The notes under the pieces are model-generated. The model ran no database searches, was not told the origin of the DNA, and worked only from the letters and a program-made list of their open reading frames with translations. Of a stretch of 64,000 nt of DNA, positions 10,171 through 20,893 are shown piece by piece; position 1 is the stretch's first letter; every line of letters begins with the position of its first letter. This stretch comes from Candidatus Latescibacterota bacterium. Lineage in GTDB: Bacteria > Latescibacterota > UBA2968 > UBA8231. Position numbers and translations under genes: made by a program. The stretch covers positions 2,432,001-2,496,000 of the forward strand of contig CBDAOB010000005.1 in assembly GCA_965197905.1 (NCBI GenBank). Reading direction: 5' to 3'.

Positions 10171-11178
10171 ATGCTCAGCTACATCTTTGGGCGACTGACC
10201 ATACTGGTGCCAACGCTGCTGTGCATTTCGCTGCTCGTCTTCCTGATGATTTACCTCGTACCGGGCGATCCAGCCCAGGTAATGCTGGGAGAGCGCGCCA
10301 ACGCCGAAACACTTGCAGCCCTGCGAAAAGAGATGGGGCTGGATCAGCCGTGGTACGTCCAGTTCGGTAGATTCTTCGGCGGTCTGATTCAGGGGGACCT
10401 GGGCCGTTCAATCCGCACCCATGAAAGGATCTCCACCGAGATCCTGCAGCGCTTCCCGGCGACATGCGAGCTCACATTCACCAGCATGATTCTTGCTACC
10501 GTCGGCGGCACCCTCGCCGGTATCTTGGCCGCGGCACGCAGGGCGCGTTTCTTGGACTACCTCAGCATGGCCGTTTCCACCGCGGGAATCTCCATACCCA
10601 TATTCTGGCTCGGTTTGATGTTGATGCTGCTCTTGGCCGTGTACCTTCCGGCGTTTCCGATCTCGGGAAGGAGCAGTCCCCATATCTTCCTCGAGATGCG
10701 CTCCAACTTCTACCTGCTCGACGCTATTCTCGCGGGCAGCTGGAGAGGGCTGGTGGATGCCATGTGGCACCTGGTCCTGCCTGCCCTTACGCTCAGTACT
10801 GTGCCAATGGCGGTGATCGCCAGGATGACGCGGGCCAGTCTGCTCGAGGTGCTGGGTGAAGATTACATACGCACGGCGCGATCGAAGGGCCTGTCTGCAG
10901 GCATGGTGTTGATCCGACATGCCATCAAGAACGCCTACATTCCGTCGTTGACCGTCCTGGCGTTGCAATTCGGATATCTTCTGGGAGGAGCGATCCTCAC
11001 GGAAACGATATTCGCCTGGCCCGGTCTCGGTCGCTGGTTGTTCCTTGCGGTTCAGGCCAGGGATTTTCGCGCCGTGCAGGGGGGCGTACTGTTCCTAGCG
11101 ACGCTGTTCATCCTGATCAACCTCGCTGCGGATGTCCTCTATGCCTGGTTGGATCCGCGCATAAAGTACAGCAAATAA
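10171..11178 (+). CDS. dppB: Peptide ABC transporter permease
   Basis: PGDPA, GDLGRS, EAA loop RMTRASLLEVLGEDYIRTARSKGL, LDPRI end. Confidence 0.92.
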   Translation: MLSYIFGRLTILVPTLLCISLLVFLMIYLVPGDPAQVMLGERANAETLAALRKEMGLDQPWYVQFGRFFGGLIQGDLGRSIRTHERISTEILQRFPATCELTFTSMILATVGGTLAGILAAARRARFLDYLSMAVSTAGISIPIFWLGLMLMLLLAVYLPAFPISGRSSPHIFLEMRSNFYLLDAILAGSWRGLVDAMWHLVLPALTLSTVPMAVIARMTRASLLEVLGEDYIRTARSKGLSAGMVLIRHAIKNAYIPSLTVLALQFGYLLGGAILTETIFAWPGLGRWLFLAVQARDFRAVQGGVLFLATLFILINLAADVLYAWLDPRIKYSK

Positions 11179-11185
11179 TCGGCGA

Positions 11186-11944
11186 TCAATCGGTTTCCCC
11201 CGCTCGCGCCGCCGCCAGTGGTATTCCACGCAGAAACTCCTCCCGGGGGATGCCTCCATTGAGATGGATTTCTCCGTACTCGAGCTGGAGATGGTTGTCG
11301 CCCTGCCGTACAGACATTTTGCCGGGCAAATACGAATCGCCCAGCCGTCTGTAGGCAGTCATTTCCCGAACCCAGATCGCTCGTGGCGATTCGAATCGCT
11401 CTGCCACAATAAAACCTCGAAACAGATCGACGGTCACGGTTCTGGAGGCTTCAGCGTGTGCGATCGGTACGATGGCGCGGTCTGCCCTTGGGTAAGCCAC
11501 CGAGCGGGTTGAATCGATCCGGGCGGGTTGCACGACACCCAGTAGCAGGTACCCCAAATCGTACCCGCCCAAATCGATACCGATCATTCTTCGCAGAGAT
11601 GTATTCGGGTCGCCCTTCCAACTCCCTTCGCGCGTTATTACGGTGAGGGAATCGTCGTGCATCACGGCGGTTAGGATATGCGAAAAAAGCGGACCGCGCA
11701 CGTCGAATCGGAACATGTCCGGCTTCGCATAGAGCAAGAGTGCCGTCGCCCGCTCGTCGCGCCCCTCCACACGCAAAGAGACTTGAGCTCGCAGCTTCAG
11801 ATCCTCAATCCGAGAAAACTGTTTGTGGTGGGCAGCCAGGAGTGTGGCCAGATCGCCGTTCGGTTTCCAGTGTTTAAACAACACTGCAGGCTGCCCGCAG
11901 CCGATCGCCAAGGCCAGGCAACCGAATGCGGTCAGGCGAACCAA
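11186..11944 (-). CDS. LolB/DUF4292-like lipoprotein
   Basis: LAIGC lipobox, beta-rich pattern (PDMFRFDVRGP), downstream of a TPR gene; start refined to TTG 11944. Confidence 0.55.
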   Translation of the reverse strand: MVRLTAFGCLALAIGCGQPAVLFKHWKPNGDLATLLAAHHKQFSRIEDLKLRAQVSLRVEGRDERATALLLYAKPDMFRFDVRGPLFSHILTAVMHDDSLTVITREGSWKGDPNTSLRRMIGIDLGGYDLGYLLLGVVQPARIDSTRSVAYPRADRAIVPIAHAEASRTVTVDLFRGFIVAERFESPRAIWVREMTAYRRLGDSYLPGKMSVRQGDNHLQLEYGEIHLNGGIPREEFLRGIPLAAARAGETD

Positions 11945-11945
11945 T

Positions 11946-13869
11946 TCAGGGTGCTTGAATGGCGAGCTTGTTTTTGAGATCCTGATTCTCCGGGGCAAGC
12001 TCGAGGGCTCGGGTCCAGTGAGTCACGGCCTGGGAGAGATCGCCCAGGGCGTACGCAATATCTCCCGCGTGGTCGAATATGATCGCTTGATCGGCGGCGT
12101 TAGCTTCATGTTCCTCTTCCCCTTCCATCTTGCTCAGCGCCCGCGCCATGAAGTGGTATGCGCGCTCGACATCACCCGAACGAAAATAGGCCCAGCCCAA
12201 ACTGTCGAGAAAAGCGCTATTGTCGGGATCGAGCGAAACCGCTCGCGTAAGCAACTCAACCGCTTTGTCCAGGCGAGTGCCGCCGTCTGCAAACATGTAG
12301 CCGAGGTAGTTCAGAGCATACGCGTCTTGAGGATCAATGCGAAGCAGCCGTTCGAAGGCCTCTACAGCCGCGTCGAAGTAGTCGGAACGCCCGGTCTCGC
12401 GAGACGCCAGCTCGAAGCAGCTTCCCAAGTAGAACAATCCCCGGGTGTCGTCGGCGTCCAACTGGGAAGCCCTCTCGAGTTTGGTGACCGCTCCTTCCCA
12501 CCTCTTGAGGCGTTGCAGAGCCAATCCCCAGTGTAGAAATACGTCCGCCGAGAGCGAGTCCAACTCCGCCGCGCGGGCGTAGCGTGCCAACGCTTCCTCC
12601 CACCGATCCTGTTTGGTCAGCACGATGCCCCATCGGAGATGGAAGTCGGGACCTTGCGGATCTATATCGAGCGCCCGCTCGTACACCGAAAGCGCCTCGG
12701 GCCACCGCCGCTGCTGCTCGAGCGCCAGTCCCCAGAAAAGGTGTAGCTCCATCTCTTCCGGATGCCGCTCGAGCCCCCGAATGTAGACTTGGATAGCCTG
12801 CTCATAACGATTTGCACGCTCCAATGCAGTGCCCCAGAACAAGAATATCTCGGTGCTGTCGGGCATCGCCCGGACAGCCCGATCCATTACCGTATCGAGC
12901 CGCTCGTAGTCTTCCTTGTAGATGTAATACCTGGCAACATCCAGCCATCTCATCAACCGTTTGCGGCTCCATCGCCACTATGTATTCGAACACCCGAACG
13001 GCCTCTTTGAATCTGCCGGCTTCGGAAAGAGCGATGCCGAGGCGATACAGAAAACGGGGGGCCTCTTCCCGCATGATCTGGTCGAGTCCGGAATCGCCAT
13101 CGATGTGTCGCGCCAGCTCGTGATAAAACACGCTGCTTTCCGGTAAGACGCGGGCGGCCTTTCGGTACTGCGCTACTCCCTCTTCCTTATGTCCGCGCGC
13201 GATCTGAACCTCTGCCAAGCCCAACCAGGCGTTTTCCACTTCTGGGTGAGCCCGCACCACCTCTCTAAACACGCGCTCCGCTTTCTTGCTGTTCCCGCTG
13301 CGAGAAAGGACGTAAGCGATGTTGACTCGCACCTCGGAAGGGGTATCAACGCGCTTTAAGGCGCGATCGAAGAGGGGCTCTATCTTCTTGCCCTGGTTTG
13401 TTTCCAGATAGAGATGAACCAAGCGGAAGTAGAGCCGCCAGTTGGCCGGCTCCATCTCCAGCAACTTTTCGATTTCCCTGGCGGCTTCCGCCTTCTGACC
13501 CGTACGCCGGTACACCCGCAACAGCATGCGGCGCAGATCCGCCCGCTCCGGGTCGATATCAAGTGCCCTTTCGGCGAAGATCAGCGCCATGCGGTCGTCG
13601 CGAATCACCTCGTAGTTGCGGGCCAATTGCGCGAATATCGTTGCGGATGTCGGATCCAGATCCGCGGCGTTTCTGAGGGCCACGATGGCCCCGTGGTGAT
13701 CCTTCTTGGCTTCGAACACCTTTGCCTTCAGGAAGTATTGCATCGCCTCTCTCTGGTGCTGCTCCGCCTCTTGGCTCCCCGATCCGGAAAGCAGAGGAAT
13801 CCTGGCGGCGCACCCCAAGCCACCCTGTAGTAAGAGAATACCCAAGACGATATTCGAAGCGCGGAACAT
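11946..13869 (-). pseudogene. TPR-repeat lipoprotein, frameshifted near 12950
   Basis: Two overlapping TPR ORFs (12802-13869, 11946-12956); removing 1 nt gives 641 codons; C-terminal ALNYLGY..AD and FLDSLGWAYF. Confidence 0.75.
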
Positions 13870-13875
13870 CCCGTC

Positions 13876-14724
13876 CTATTCCCGTGAGACAAACCTGCGT
13901 GGATCCAATGCATCGCGAAGGCCGTCACCGAGTAGGTTCAAGCCCAGCACAACTATAAATATAGCCATTCCGGGAAAAGCCATCACCCAGGGAGCCTTCA
14001 AAAGAAGCTCCCGACCGCCGGACAACATCGACCCCCATTCGGGCGTCGGAGGTTGAGCACCCAATCCGAGAAAACTCAAGCCGGCGGCGTCGAGCATCGC
14101 CGTTCCGAGACTCAGGGTGGTCTGTACGATCAGCGGAGCCAGACAGTTGGGCAAGACGCCCCGCAGCATGAGCCTGAGCTCGCCGCTGCCCAGGGCCCTG
14201 GTTGCCTCGATGTAGGCCATTTCCCGAACCGATAGCGCGGACGCCCGCACGAGCCGGGCGAATTGAGGCACCATCACGATGCTGACAGCTATCATGACGT
14301 TCTCGATGCCCGGTCCGATGATCGCCACGATGGCGATGGCAAGGAGGATGCTGGGGAACGCCAACAGGATGTCCATAAAACGCATGGATAAGGAATCGAC
14401 TACACCACCCCGGTAACCGGCGACGAGTCCGATCGCCGAGCCGGCCAGCAAGGCGACCGAGATGGATATGAGCCCGATGCGTAGCGAGATGCGCGAACCG
14501 AATATGACCCGGCTCAGAATGTCCCTGCCGAAATCGTCCGTGCCGAGTGGATATGTGATAGAGGGACTCTGGAGGCGATTGTAGAGATCTTGCCGCAGCG
14601 GGTCCTGGGGTGCGAGAAGGGGCGCCAGGAGAGCAACGATCAGCAGAGCGCCAACGACGGAGGCGCCGCATAGGGCAAGACGGTGTTGACGGAGGTGAAG
14701 CCAGGTAGCGCGGAACAGGTTCAC
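13876..14724 (-). CDS. dppC: Peptide ABC transporter permease
   Basis: PLGTDDFGRDILSR, PPTPEWGSML, NLLGDGLRDALDPR. Confidence 0.92.
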   Translation of the reverse strand: MNLFRATWLHLRQHRLALCGASVVGALLIVALLAPLLAPQDPLRQDLYNRLQSPSITYPLGTDDFGRDILSRVIFGSRISLRIGLISISVALLAGSAIGLVAGYRGGVVDSLSMRFMDILLAFPSILLAIAIVAIIGPGIENVMIAVSIVMVPQFARLVRASALSVREMAYIEATRALGSGELRLMLRGVLPNCLAPLIVQTTLSLGTAMLDAAGLSFLGLGAQPPTPEWGSMLSGGRELLLKAPWVMAFPGMAIFIVVLGLNLLGDGLRDALDPRRFVSRE

Positions 14725-15683
14725 CGCTCCTTGTTGATGACTTCCTCCACCACAGTCTGCAGATGCTTCAGACTAACCGGCTTGTCGATGAATCCGTCGA
14801 ATTCGTGATTGCTTATCTCGGCGGCATCGACATAACCGGACACGGCGAGCACGGGCAGATCCGGAAACTGACCGCGTAGGTTTGCGAGCAGCGCGAACCC
14901 ATCCATATTGGGCATGCGAATATCGGTCAGAACCAGATTGAGCTGCTCTTCGCGCACGACGTCGAGTGCCGACTGACCGTCGTCGGCTTCGAGGACCATA
15001 TAGTACGGCAATGCCCGCTTCACAAGATTGCGAAACTCCGCTTCGTCGTCGACGACAAGAATGCGGGGAATGAGATCCTTAACCTGGTCGTTGATCTGGA
15101 GATCGACTTCATCGCGACTGACATCCCCGCAGTTCGCCGCGAGCTCGACCGCCGCATTGGTGCGGGCCTCCTGTTGGTCCAACTGACGTTGTAAAACGCT
15201 GATCTGCCCTTGAAATCGATCCCGCTCGATCTGATAGTCTCGCAATCGCACATTGTCGTTGTTGAGCTTTCCCGACATCACGTCTATGATGTTGCGATAA
15301 ACGGTGGCGCGCATCTCCCGATCTTCCTTCATACTGTGGTCGAAGGTCGCTTTGCGCAACGTAAAGACGTTGCTCGGCTTGCTGACCTCCACGGTGGCGG
15401 AACGGGGTTCGCCGGTTATGACGCCCATCTCGCCGACGGTTGTAACCGGGAGTATGGTCGCCACCTTTACCCCTTCCGCAGTGACTACCACCAGCTCGCC
15501 GGCAAGCAGAATATACATCTCATCGCTGGGCGAGTTGCTCTGGCAGATCTTCTCTTCAGGCTGGCAGGTTCGGTGACTGCACAACGACAGGATCGTTCGC
15601 ACGTGCGATGGCGAAAGCCCCTTGAAGATTGGGATCTTCCGTAGCACCTGAACGAGAAGCTTTTCCTTGGATTCAGAGGGCAT
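14721..15683 (-). CDS. cNMP-binding domain + coiled coil + receiver domain protein
   Basis: IPIFKGL...GEMGVITGEPRSATV (cNMP); ILVVDDE, TDIRMPNMDG, KP (REC); start refined to ATG 15683. Confidence 0.85.
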   Translation of the reverse strand: MPSESKEKLLVQVLRKIPIFKGLSPSHVRTILSLCSHRTCQPEEKICQSNSPSDEMYILLAGELVVVTAEGVKVATILPVTTVGEMGVITGEPRSATVEVSKPSNVFTLRKATFDHSMKEDREMRATVYRNIIDVMSGKLNNDNVRLRDYQIERDRFQGQISVLQRQLDQQEARTNAAVELAANCGDVSRDEVDLQINDQVKDLIPRILVVDDEAEFRNLVKRALPYYMVLEADDGQSALDVVREEQLNLVLTDIRMPNMDGFALLANLRGQFPDLPVLAVSGYVDAAEISNHEFDGFIDKPVSLKHLQTVVEEVINKER

Positions 15684-15765
15684 TTGTAAATGGGATGAGG
15701 TTAGACAGAGAGGCGTTCCACGAAATATAACTTTTGCCCCTGGGCTTGCAAACGCTCGCGGTTGG

Positions 15766-16413
15766 TCAGGCCTCAGTGACTGCTCCATGACTGCGGAGGT
15801 GTTGGTGATCATGGGACCGATGCACCAGAACGTGCAACAGCGACCCCGCCACCAATGCCCGAAAACAGGCAACCGCGGGACGGCCCGCCTCGCCAAAAGG
15901 AAGGTCGCCTGCCAGAAACCCGACACCGGTGGCGATGCCCACCACCGACAGTGCGGCAACCGCTATCGGCTTGCCATGATTGGAGGAAACCAGAAACCAG
16001 ACCGCCATCCCTGCAGGAATCCGGTGCAACACTACGGCGAGCGGCAACGTTTCTATAGACTTGACGCCAGTAGGGGCGGCGATCGCCATGCCGTCTATGA
16101 AGCCGTGAAGCGTGATCCCCGCGACCGCCAGCAGCAAGGCGGCAGCGTGGGCACGGGTCGCCAGGTGGTGGAGTTTTCTCTCCACCAATGATGGAACCGC
16201 CAGACCGGCTGCAGCGCATGCGACGGCCCACACGCCACCCTCCACTATGACGTCTGGAAGGATGTGGAGTAGAACCAGTAAACCTACCGCGACGGTGACA
16301 ACGGCATTTACCGACTTCAACAGGTGGGGTACGCGGTGAGCCAAGTGTTGTAGGAGGGGACCGGCGGCAAGCACCAGAATGCTCAGAAGGAGATAGCGGA
16401 GATCAACCGGCAT
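15766..16413 (-). CDS. ZIP-like metal transporter
   Basis: Multi-TM; LHGFIDG and LHRIPAG resemble ZIP TM4/TM5; His-rich C-terminus. Confidence 0.6.
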   Translation of the reverse strand: MPVDLRYLLLSILVLAAGPLLQHLAHRVPHLLKSVNAVVTVAVGLLVLLHILPDVIVEGGVWAVACAAAGLAVPSLVERKLHHLATRAHAAALLLAVAGITLHGFIDGMAIAAPTGVKSIETLPLAVVLHRIPAGMAVWFLVSSNHGKPIAVAALSVVGIATGVGFLAGDLPFGEAGRPAVACFRALVAGSLLHVLVHRSHDHQHLRSHGAVTEA

Positions 16414-16676
16414 CGTTGCTGCCAGAGCGCCTTGAGCTTGTTTGCATGTGACACAGTCACCTTTAGGAAAATGGTGTTCAAATGTAAGGCCTGCGCGGTG
16501 CCGCAACCACAGACGGCTAGTTTGCCGCTGGCTTCGCCTCTTCCTATCATAGATCTGCCCTTCCCCCCAACTCGAACTCTTCCCTCTAGGCCGCCCATCA
16601 TCTCAATGCCTCGTCCTTCGGACATACTCTGCCACCCGACCGATCCCGCCATTCAGGCAACCATCGCGCGGCTGCC

Positions 16677-18005
16677 ATGACCCTGGAGCAAGTCAGCGGA
16701 TGGGGAAGATTTCCGCGATTGGTGGCGCGCGTGGAGCGCGCAAGATTCCACGGGGATCTGGTTCGACGCTCCAGAGAAGCCGAACCGCTCCTGGCCTTGG
16801 GCAGCGGCAGGAGCTACGGCGACGCCTGCATTTTCGAGAATCTGGTATCCACGCTCCATCTCAATCATCTTCTCGAGTTTGACGAAGCAACGGGGCTACT
16901 AAGGGTCGAAGCGGGCGCGACTCTCGAGAAAATCTTGCGTTTTGGCGTTCCACGCGGATGGTTCCTTCCCGTTACACCGGGCACGAAATTCCCGACCCTT
17001 GGAGGCTGTATAGCCGCGGACGTGCACGGCAAGAATCATCATGTGGATGGGTCGATCGCGAGATTCGTTCTAGAGCTGGAGATGGTGTTGGCAGACGGTC
17101 ACAGCCTGCGCTGCTCGGCAACGGAGAACGGCGATCTGTTTGAAGCGACCGTCGGAGGCATGGGACTGACCGGATTTATCTACGCTGCGACGCTCCAGCT
17201 GCGGCAAATCTCCTCGGCTTACATCTCCATGCGTTCGATCAAAACGACCGGCTTCGCGGAGACCTGTGACGTCTTGAAAGACACGGCAAGTGAGTACGCC
17301 TATTCTGTTGCCTGGGTAGATTGTCTTGCTGCAGGCAAACGACTGGGTAAGGGCATCGTGCACCTGGGAAATCATGCGACCCCTGGTACTGAGCAGGGAG
17401 AAGCACTCGCACTGCATCGTCCCCAGCGGTTCTCCTTGCCATTCACGTTGCCTCACTTCGTGCTGAACGGACGGAACGTCCGCCTCTTCAACAGATTGTA
17501 TTACCTCAGACACAGCAGTCACCGGGATGAGCGGCTCATTCATTATGATCCGTTCTTCTACCCCCTCGACTCGTTAGGACATTGGAATCGGCTCTACGGG
17601 CGCGACGGGTTCGTGCAGTATCAGTTCGTTGTCCCGCTGGAGGGCGGGCGTCTGGTGATGGAGAAGATTCTGGCGAAGATAGCATCCCAGGGGAACGCAT
17701 CGTTCCTGGCTGTGCTCAAGACCTTTGGACCCGGGCGGGGACTCCTTTCCTTCCCGATAGAAGGTTATACTCTGGCGCTGGATTTCCCACTGCGGTCAGG
17801 GGTGACGGTAGCTTTCCTGCACCGGTTGGACACGGAGATTTCCGCAGCCGGGGGGCGCGTATACCTGGCCAAAGATGCCGTTTTGCAGCGCCATGATTTC
17901 GAAGCGATGTATCCGCAGATCGATGACTTCAAGGCCATCAAAGAGAAATACGACCCAACGAACCTATTCCGCTCAGCGCAGTCGATGAGGTTGGGGATTT
18001 CGTGA
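16677..18005 (+). CDS. dprE1: FAD-binding oxidoreductase, DprE1-like
   Basis: GSGRSYGDA, PVTPGT, DVHGKNHH, YGRDGFVQYQ, SFLAVLK, GGRVYLAKD. Confidence 0.85.
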   Translation: MTLEQVSGWGRFPRLVARVERARFHGDLVRRSREAEPLLALGSGRSYGDACIFENLVSTLHLNHLLEFDEATGLLRVEAGATLEKILRFGVPRGWFLPVTPGTKFPTLGGCIAADVHGKNHHVDGSIARFVLELEMVLADGHSLRCSATENGDLFEATVGGMGLTGFIYAATLQLRQISSAYISMRSIKTTGFAETCDVLKDTASEYAYSVAWVDCLAAGKRLGKGIVHLGNHATPGTEQGEALALHRPQRFSLPFTLPHFVLNGRNVRLFNRLYYLRHSSHRDERLIHYDPFFYPLDSLGHWNRLYGRDGFVQYQFVVPLEGGRLVMEKILAKIASQGNASFLAVLKTFGPGRGLLSFPIEGYTLALDFPLRSGVTVAFLHRLDTEISAAGGRVYLAKDAVLQRHDFEAMYPQIDDFKAIKEKYDPTNLFRSAQSMRLGIS

Positions 18006-18748
18006 CCGACAGGACGTTGATTCTTGGCGCGAAGTCGGTCATCGCACACGCGCTCGCCACCCAATTGGCGCGAGCGGGCTCCGATCTCGTTCTGGCCGCC
18101 CGCCAGTGCCACGAGCTGCAGCCGTTCGCCACTGACTTGAACTTGCGCACCGGTCAGCGTATCGACCTGCTTGAGTTCGATATCCTGTCGTCACAGGGTG
18201 ACAGCGGCTTTGCCGATGAAGTCCGGTCCAAGTTTGGCGAGTTCGAGCTAGTGATTCTGGTCGTTGGTTACCTGGGCCAACACCAGGAAGCGATCGGCGG
18301 CGATCTTGAAGAGCTGGAGCGGATCATGGAAACGAACTTCACCGGCGCCGCACGGGTTTTGAGCGAACTCGCCAACTATTTGGAGGGGAGAGGAACGACG
18401 GGGGGCATAATCGGCATCTCCTCCGTGGCGGGAGACCGAGGTAGACAGAGCAACTACCTGTACGGCGCCGCCAAAGGAGGGCTTGCCATTTTTCTCCAGG
18501 GTCTGCGGAACCGGCTCGCATCAACGGTCGTACACGTCATGACCGTAAAGCCGGGGTTCGTCGATACCCCGATGACCGAGAATCTGGAGGGACTGTTTCT
18601 GGTGGCGTCGCCGGAGCGAGTTGCCCGAGATATCCTCCGCGCCTATGAGAAGAAGCAGGACATCCTCTACACGCCTTGGTTCTGGAGGTACATAATGTTG
18701 GTGATCAAATGCCTTCCGGAACGGGTGTTCAAGCGACTGAAGCTGTAG
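18002..18748 (+). CDS. dprE2: SDR oxidoreductase, DprE2-like
   Basis: SSVAGDRGRQSNYLYGAAK, KPGFVDT; overlaps the dprE1-like gene. Confidence 0.82.
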   Translation: MTDRTLILGAKSVIAHALATQLARAGSDLVLAARQCHELQPFATDLNLRTGQRIDLLEFDILSSQGDSGFADEVRSKFGEFELVILVVGYLGQHQEAIGGDLEELERIMETNFTGAARVLSELANYLEGRGTTGGIIGISSVAGDRGRQSNYLYGAAKGGLAIFLQGLRNRLASTVVHVMTVKPGFVDTPMTENLEGLFLVASPERVARDILRAYEKKQDILYTPWFWRYIMLVIKCLPERVFKRLKL

Positions 18749-18751
18749 ATA

Positions 18752-20893
18752 TCAGATCGGCTCCCCCGCCGTCTCCATGGTGCGCAATCGTTCGGCAAGG
18801 GTCGTATTGCGGGCGGCGACCGCGTCGTTCGAAATGGTGAGATTGAGGGCTTTTCTGGTTCCGACAATAACAATGATCTCTTTGGCCCGAGTAACCGCGG
18901 TATAGAGCAGGTTGCGTTGCAACATGACGAAATGCTGCGTGCTGAGCGGTAGCACGACCGCTTTGAATTCGGAGCCCTGGGCGCGGTGTATGCTAATGGC
19001 GTACGCCAGGCGCAGCTGATGGAGGTCGGTCAGGTCATACCGCACCAGCTGGTCGAACCGCACCTCTACCTCCTGTTCCTCGATGTCGATCCTTTGTAGA
19101 ATGCCGGAGTCGCCGTTGAAAACTCCCTTGTCGTAATCGTTTCGAACCTGCATCACTTTGTCCCCTTGGCGCAGTTCGTACCCGCCTTGTCCGACACCTT
19201 CTCCCGTCGGATTCAACCGCTGTTGCAGCCGCAAATTGAGATTGTCGGCCCCGGTTTCACCGCGATACATCGGTGTAAGCACCTGGATATCCCGCATGGG
19301 ATCGTACCCCTTGTGGGCGGGCAGTCGGCGGGCACATAGGTCCTCGATGGCATCGGCGACCTGTTCCGGCTTGTCCTCCTGGACGAAGAAGAAATCCGAA
19401 TCCTCAATGTTGTTCAGATCTGGGGATTCCCCGCTGTTGATGAGGTGAGCGTTCACCACAATCCTGCTTTCGCTGGCCTGCCGGAAGATCTCTTGCAGTC
19501 TAACCACCGGAACGGTCGTTGATTCGATGATGTCCCTCAGCACGTTGCCAGGTCCCACTGAAGGGAGCTGATCCACGTCCCCGATGAGCACCAGCCGGGC
19601 AGAATTGGCCACCGCCCGTAATAGGGCGTTCATGAGCATCAGATCTATCATCGAGGTTTCGTCGACGATAATCGCGTCGGCTTCCAGCTTGTCGTTGATC
19701 CCTTTCTTGAATCCGCGCTCGGAGGCCGAGAATTCCAGCAACCGGTGAATCGTCTTTGCCTGCTTCCCGGTAGCCGCAGACAGCCGCTTAGCGGCGCGGC
19801 CGGTGGGAGAGCACAGGGCGACCCGGAGTCGCCCCCGCTCGAACAACCCGAGCAACTCCCTGGTCAAGGTCGTTTTGCCGGTGCCTGGGCCTCCGGTGAG
19901 CACGAGCACCTTCTCCCGGGCCGCGAGGTCGATTGCCGACTGCTGTCCTTTCGACAACTGTAATCCGTCGGTTGTGGATGAGTGTGGAGCCAGCGGGATC
20001 TTCGTCGCCCGGGCGTGGCATAACCGGTGTATTGCCTGTGTCACGCCCGCTTCAGCCCTATAGAGGGGCGGCAGGTAGTACCGTTCTTGCTCGCGATCTA
20101 CACCTTCCTCAGCTTCGAGGCCCTCGAGTTCCGGGGGAATCAACTCCTTGTCGACTTCCAAAATCTCCGCGCACTTTTGGATCAGCTCTTTCTGTGGCAG
20201 AAATACGTGACCTTGCTCTGCCGCCTGTTCCAGCAGATAGCGGATTCCCGCCCTGATTCTCTGGGGCGCATTCTTGGCGATTCCGGTTTTCTGGGCAATG
20301 CCATCGGCAATCTGAAAACCAATCCCGGCGATGTCTCGCTCGAGCCGGTAGGGATTTTCCTGGACCATGGCGATCGTGCTCGACCCGTATTTCTTAAAAA
20401 TCCGCGTCGCGTAACCGGTCGTCACGCCGTTCGATTGCAAGAAAACCATGACGTCCTTCATGTGGCGCTGCTCCTCCCAGGCCGCTGTTATCTTTTCTAC
20501 CCGTTTTTTGCCTAAATTTGGAACGTCCAGCAGCTTTTTGGGCTGCGTGTCAATTATTTCCAGGGTTTCTTCCCCAAACTGCTCGACGATGCGGTCGGCA
20601 AAAACCGGACCGATACCACGAATCAACCCCGACCCCAGATATTTGCGAATCCCCTCGAGGGTTGAAGGTATTACCTGGGTATAGGAATTTATCTTCAATT
20701 GGCGGCCGTACCGCTTGTGAGTGACCCACTCTCCCTCGACCGAGATTCCGTCCCCTTGCCGAGGATCCAGTATGGTGCCAACCACTGTGACCCTTTCTTG
20801 TTGCCCCTCGGGAAGAAGCCGCGCAATGGTGTATCCGTTCTCCGGATTATGAAAGGTTATGACCTCTATTTGGCCCTTGAGTTCCTCACTCAT
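18752..20893 (-). CDS. recD2: ATP-dependent RecD2-like helicase
   Basis: HhH N-terminus (GIGPVFADRIV), TGGPGTGKTT, PTGRAAKR, GDVDQLPSVG, HRAQGSEF, YTAVTRAK. Confidence 0.94.
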   Translation of the reverse strand: MSEELKGQIEVITFHNPENGYTIARLLPEGQQERVTVVGTILDPRQGDGISVEGEWVTHKRYGRQLKINSYTQVIPSTLEGIRKYLGSGLIRGIGPVFADRIVEQFGEETLEIIDTQPKKLLDVPNLGKKRVEKITAAWEEQRHMKDVMVFLQSNGVTTGYATRIFKKYGSSTIAMVQENPYRLERDIAGIGFQIADGIAQKTGIAKNAPQRIRAGIRYLLEQAAEQGHVFLPQKELIQKCAEILEVDKELIPPELEGLEAEEGVDREQERYYLPPLYRAEAGVTQAIHRLCHARATKIPLAPHSSTTDGLQLSKGQQSAIDLAAREKVLVLTGGPGTGKTTLTRELLGLFERGRLRVALCSPTGRAAKRLSAATGKQAKTIHRLLEFSASERGFKKGINDKLEADAIIVDETSMIDLMLMNALLRAVANSARLVLIGDVDQLPSVGPGNVLRDIIESTTVPVVRLQEIFRQASESRIVVNAHLINSGESPDLNNIEDSDFFFVQEDKPEQVADAIEDLCARRLPAHKGYDPMRDIQVLTPMYRGETGADNLNLRLQQRLNPTGEGVGQGGYELRQGDKVMQVRNDYDKGVFNGDSGILQRIDIEEQEVEVRFDQLVRYDLTDLHQLRLAYAISIHRAQGSEFKAVVLPLSTQHFVMLQRNLLYTAVTRAKEIIVIVGTRKALNLTISNDAVAARNTTLAERLRTMETAGEPI

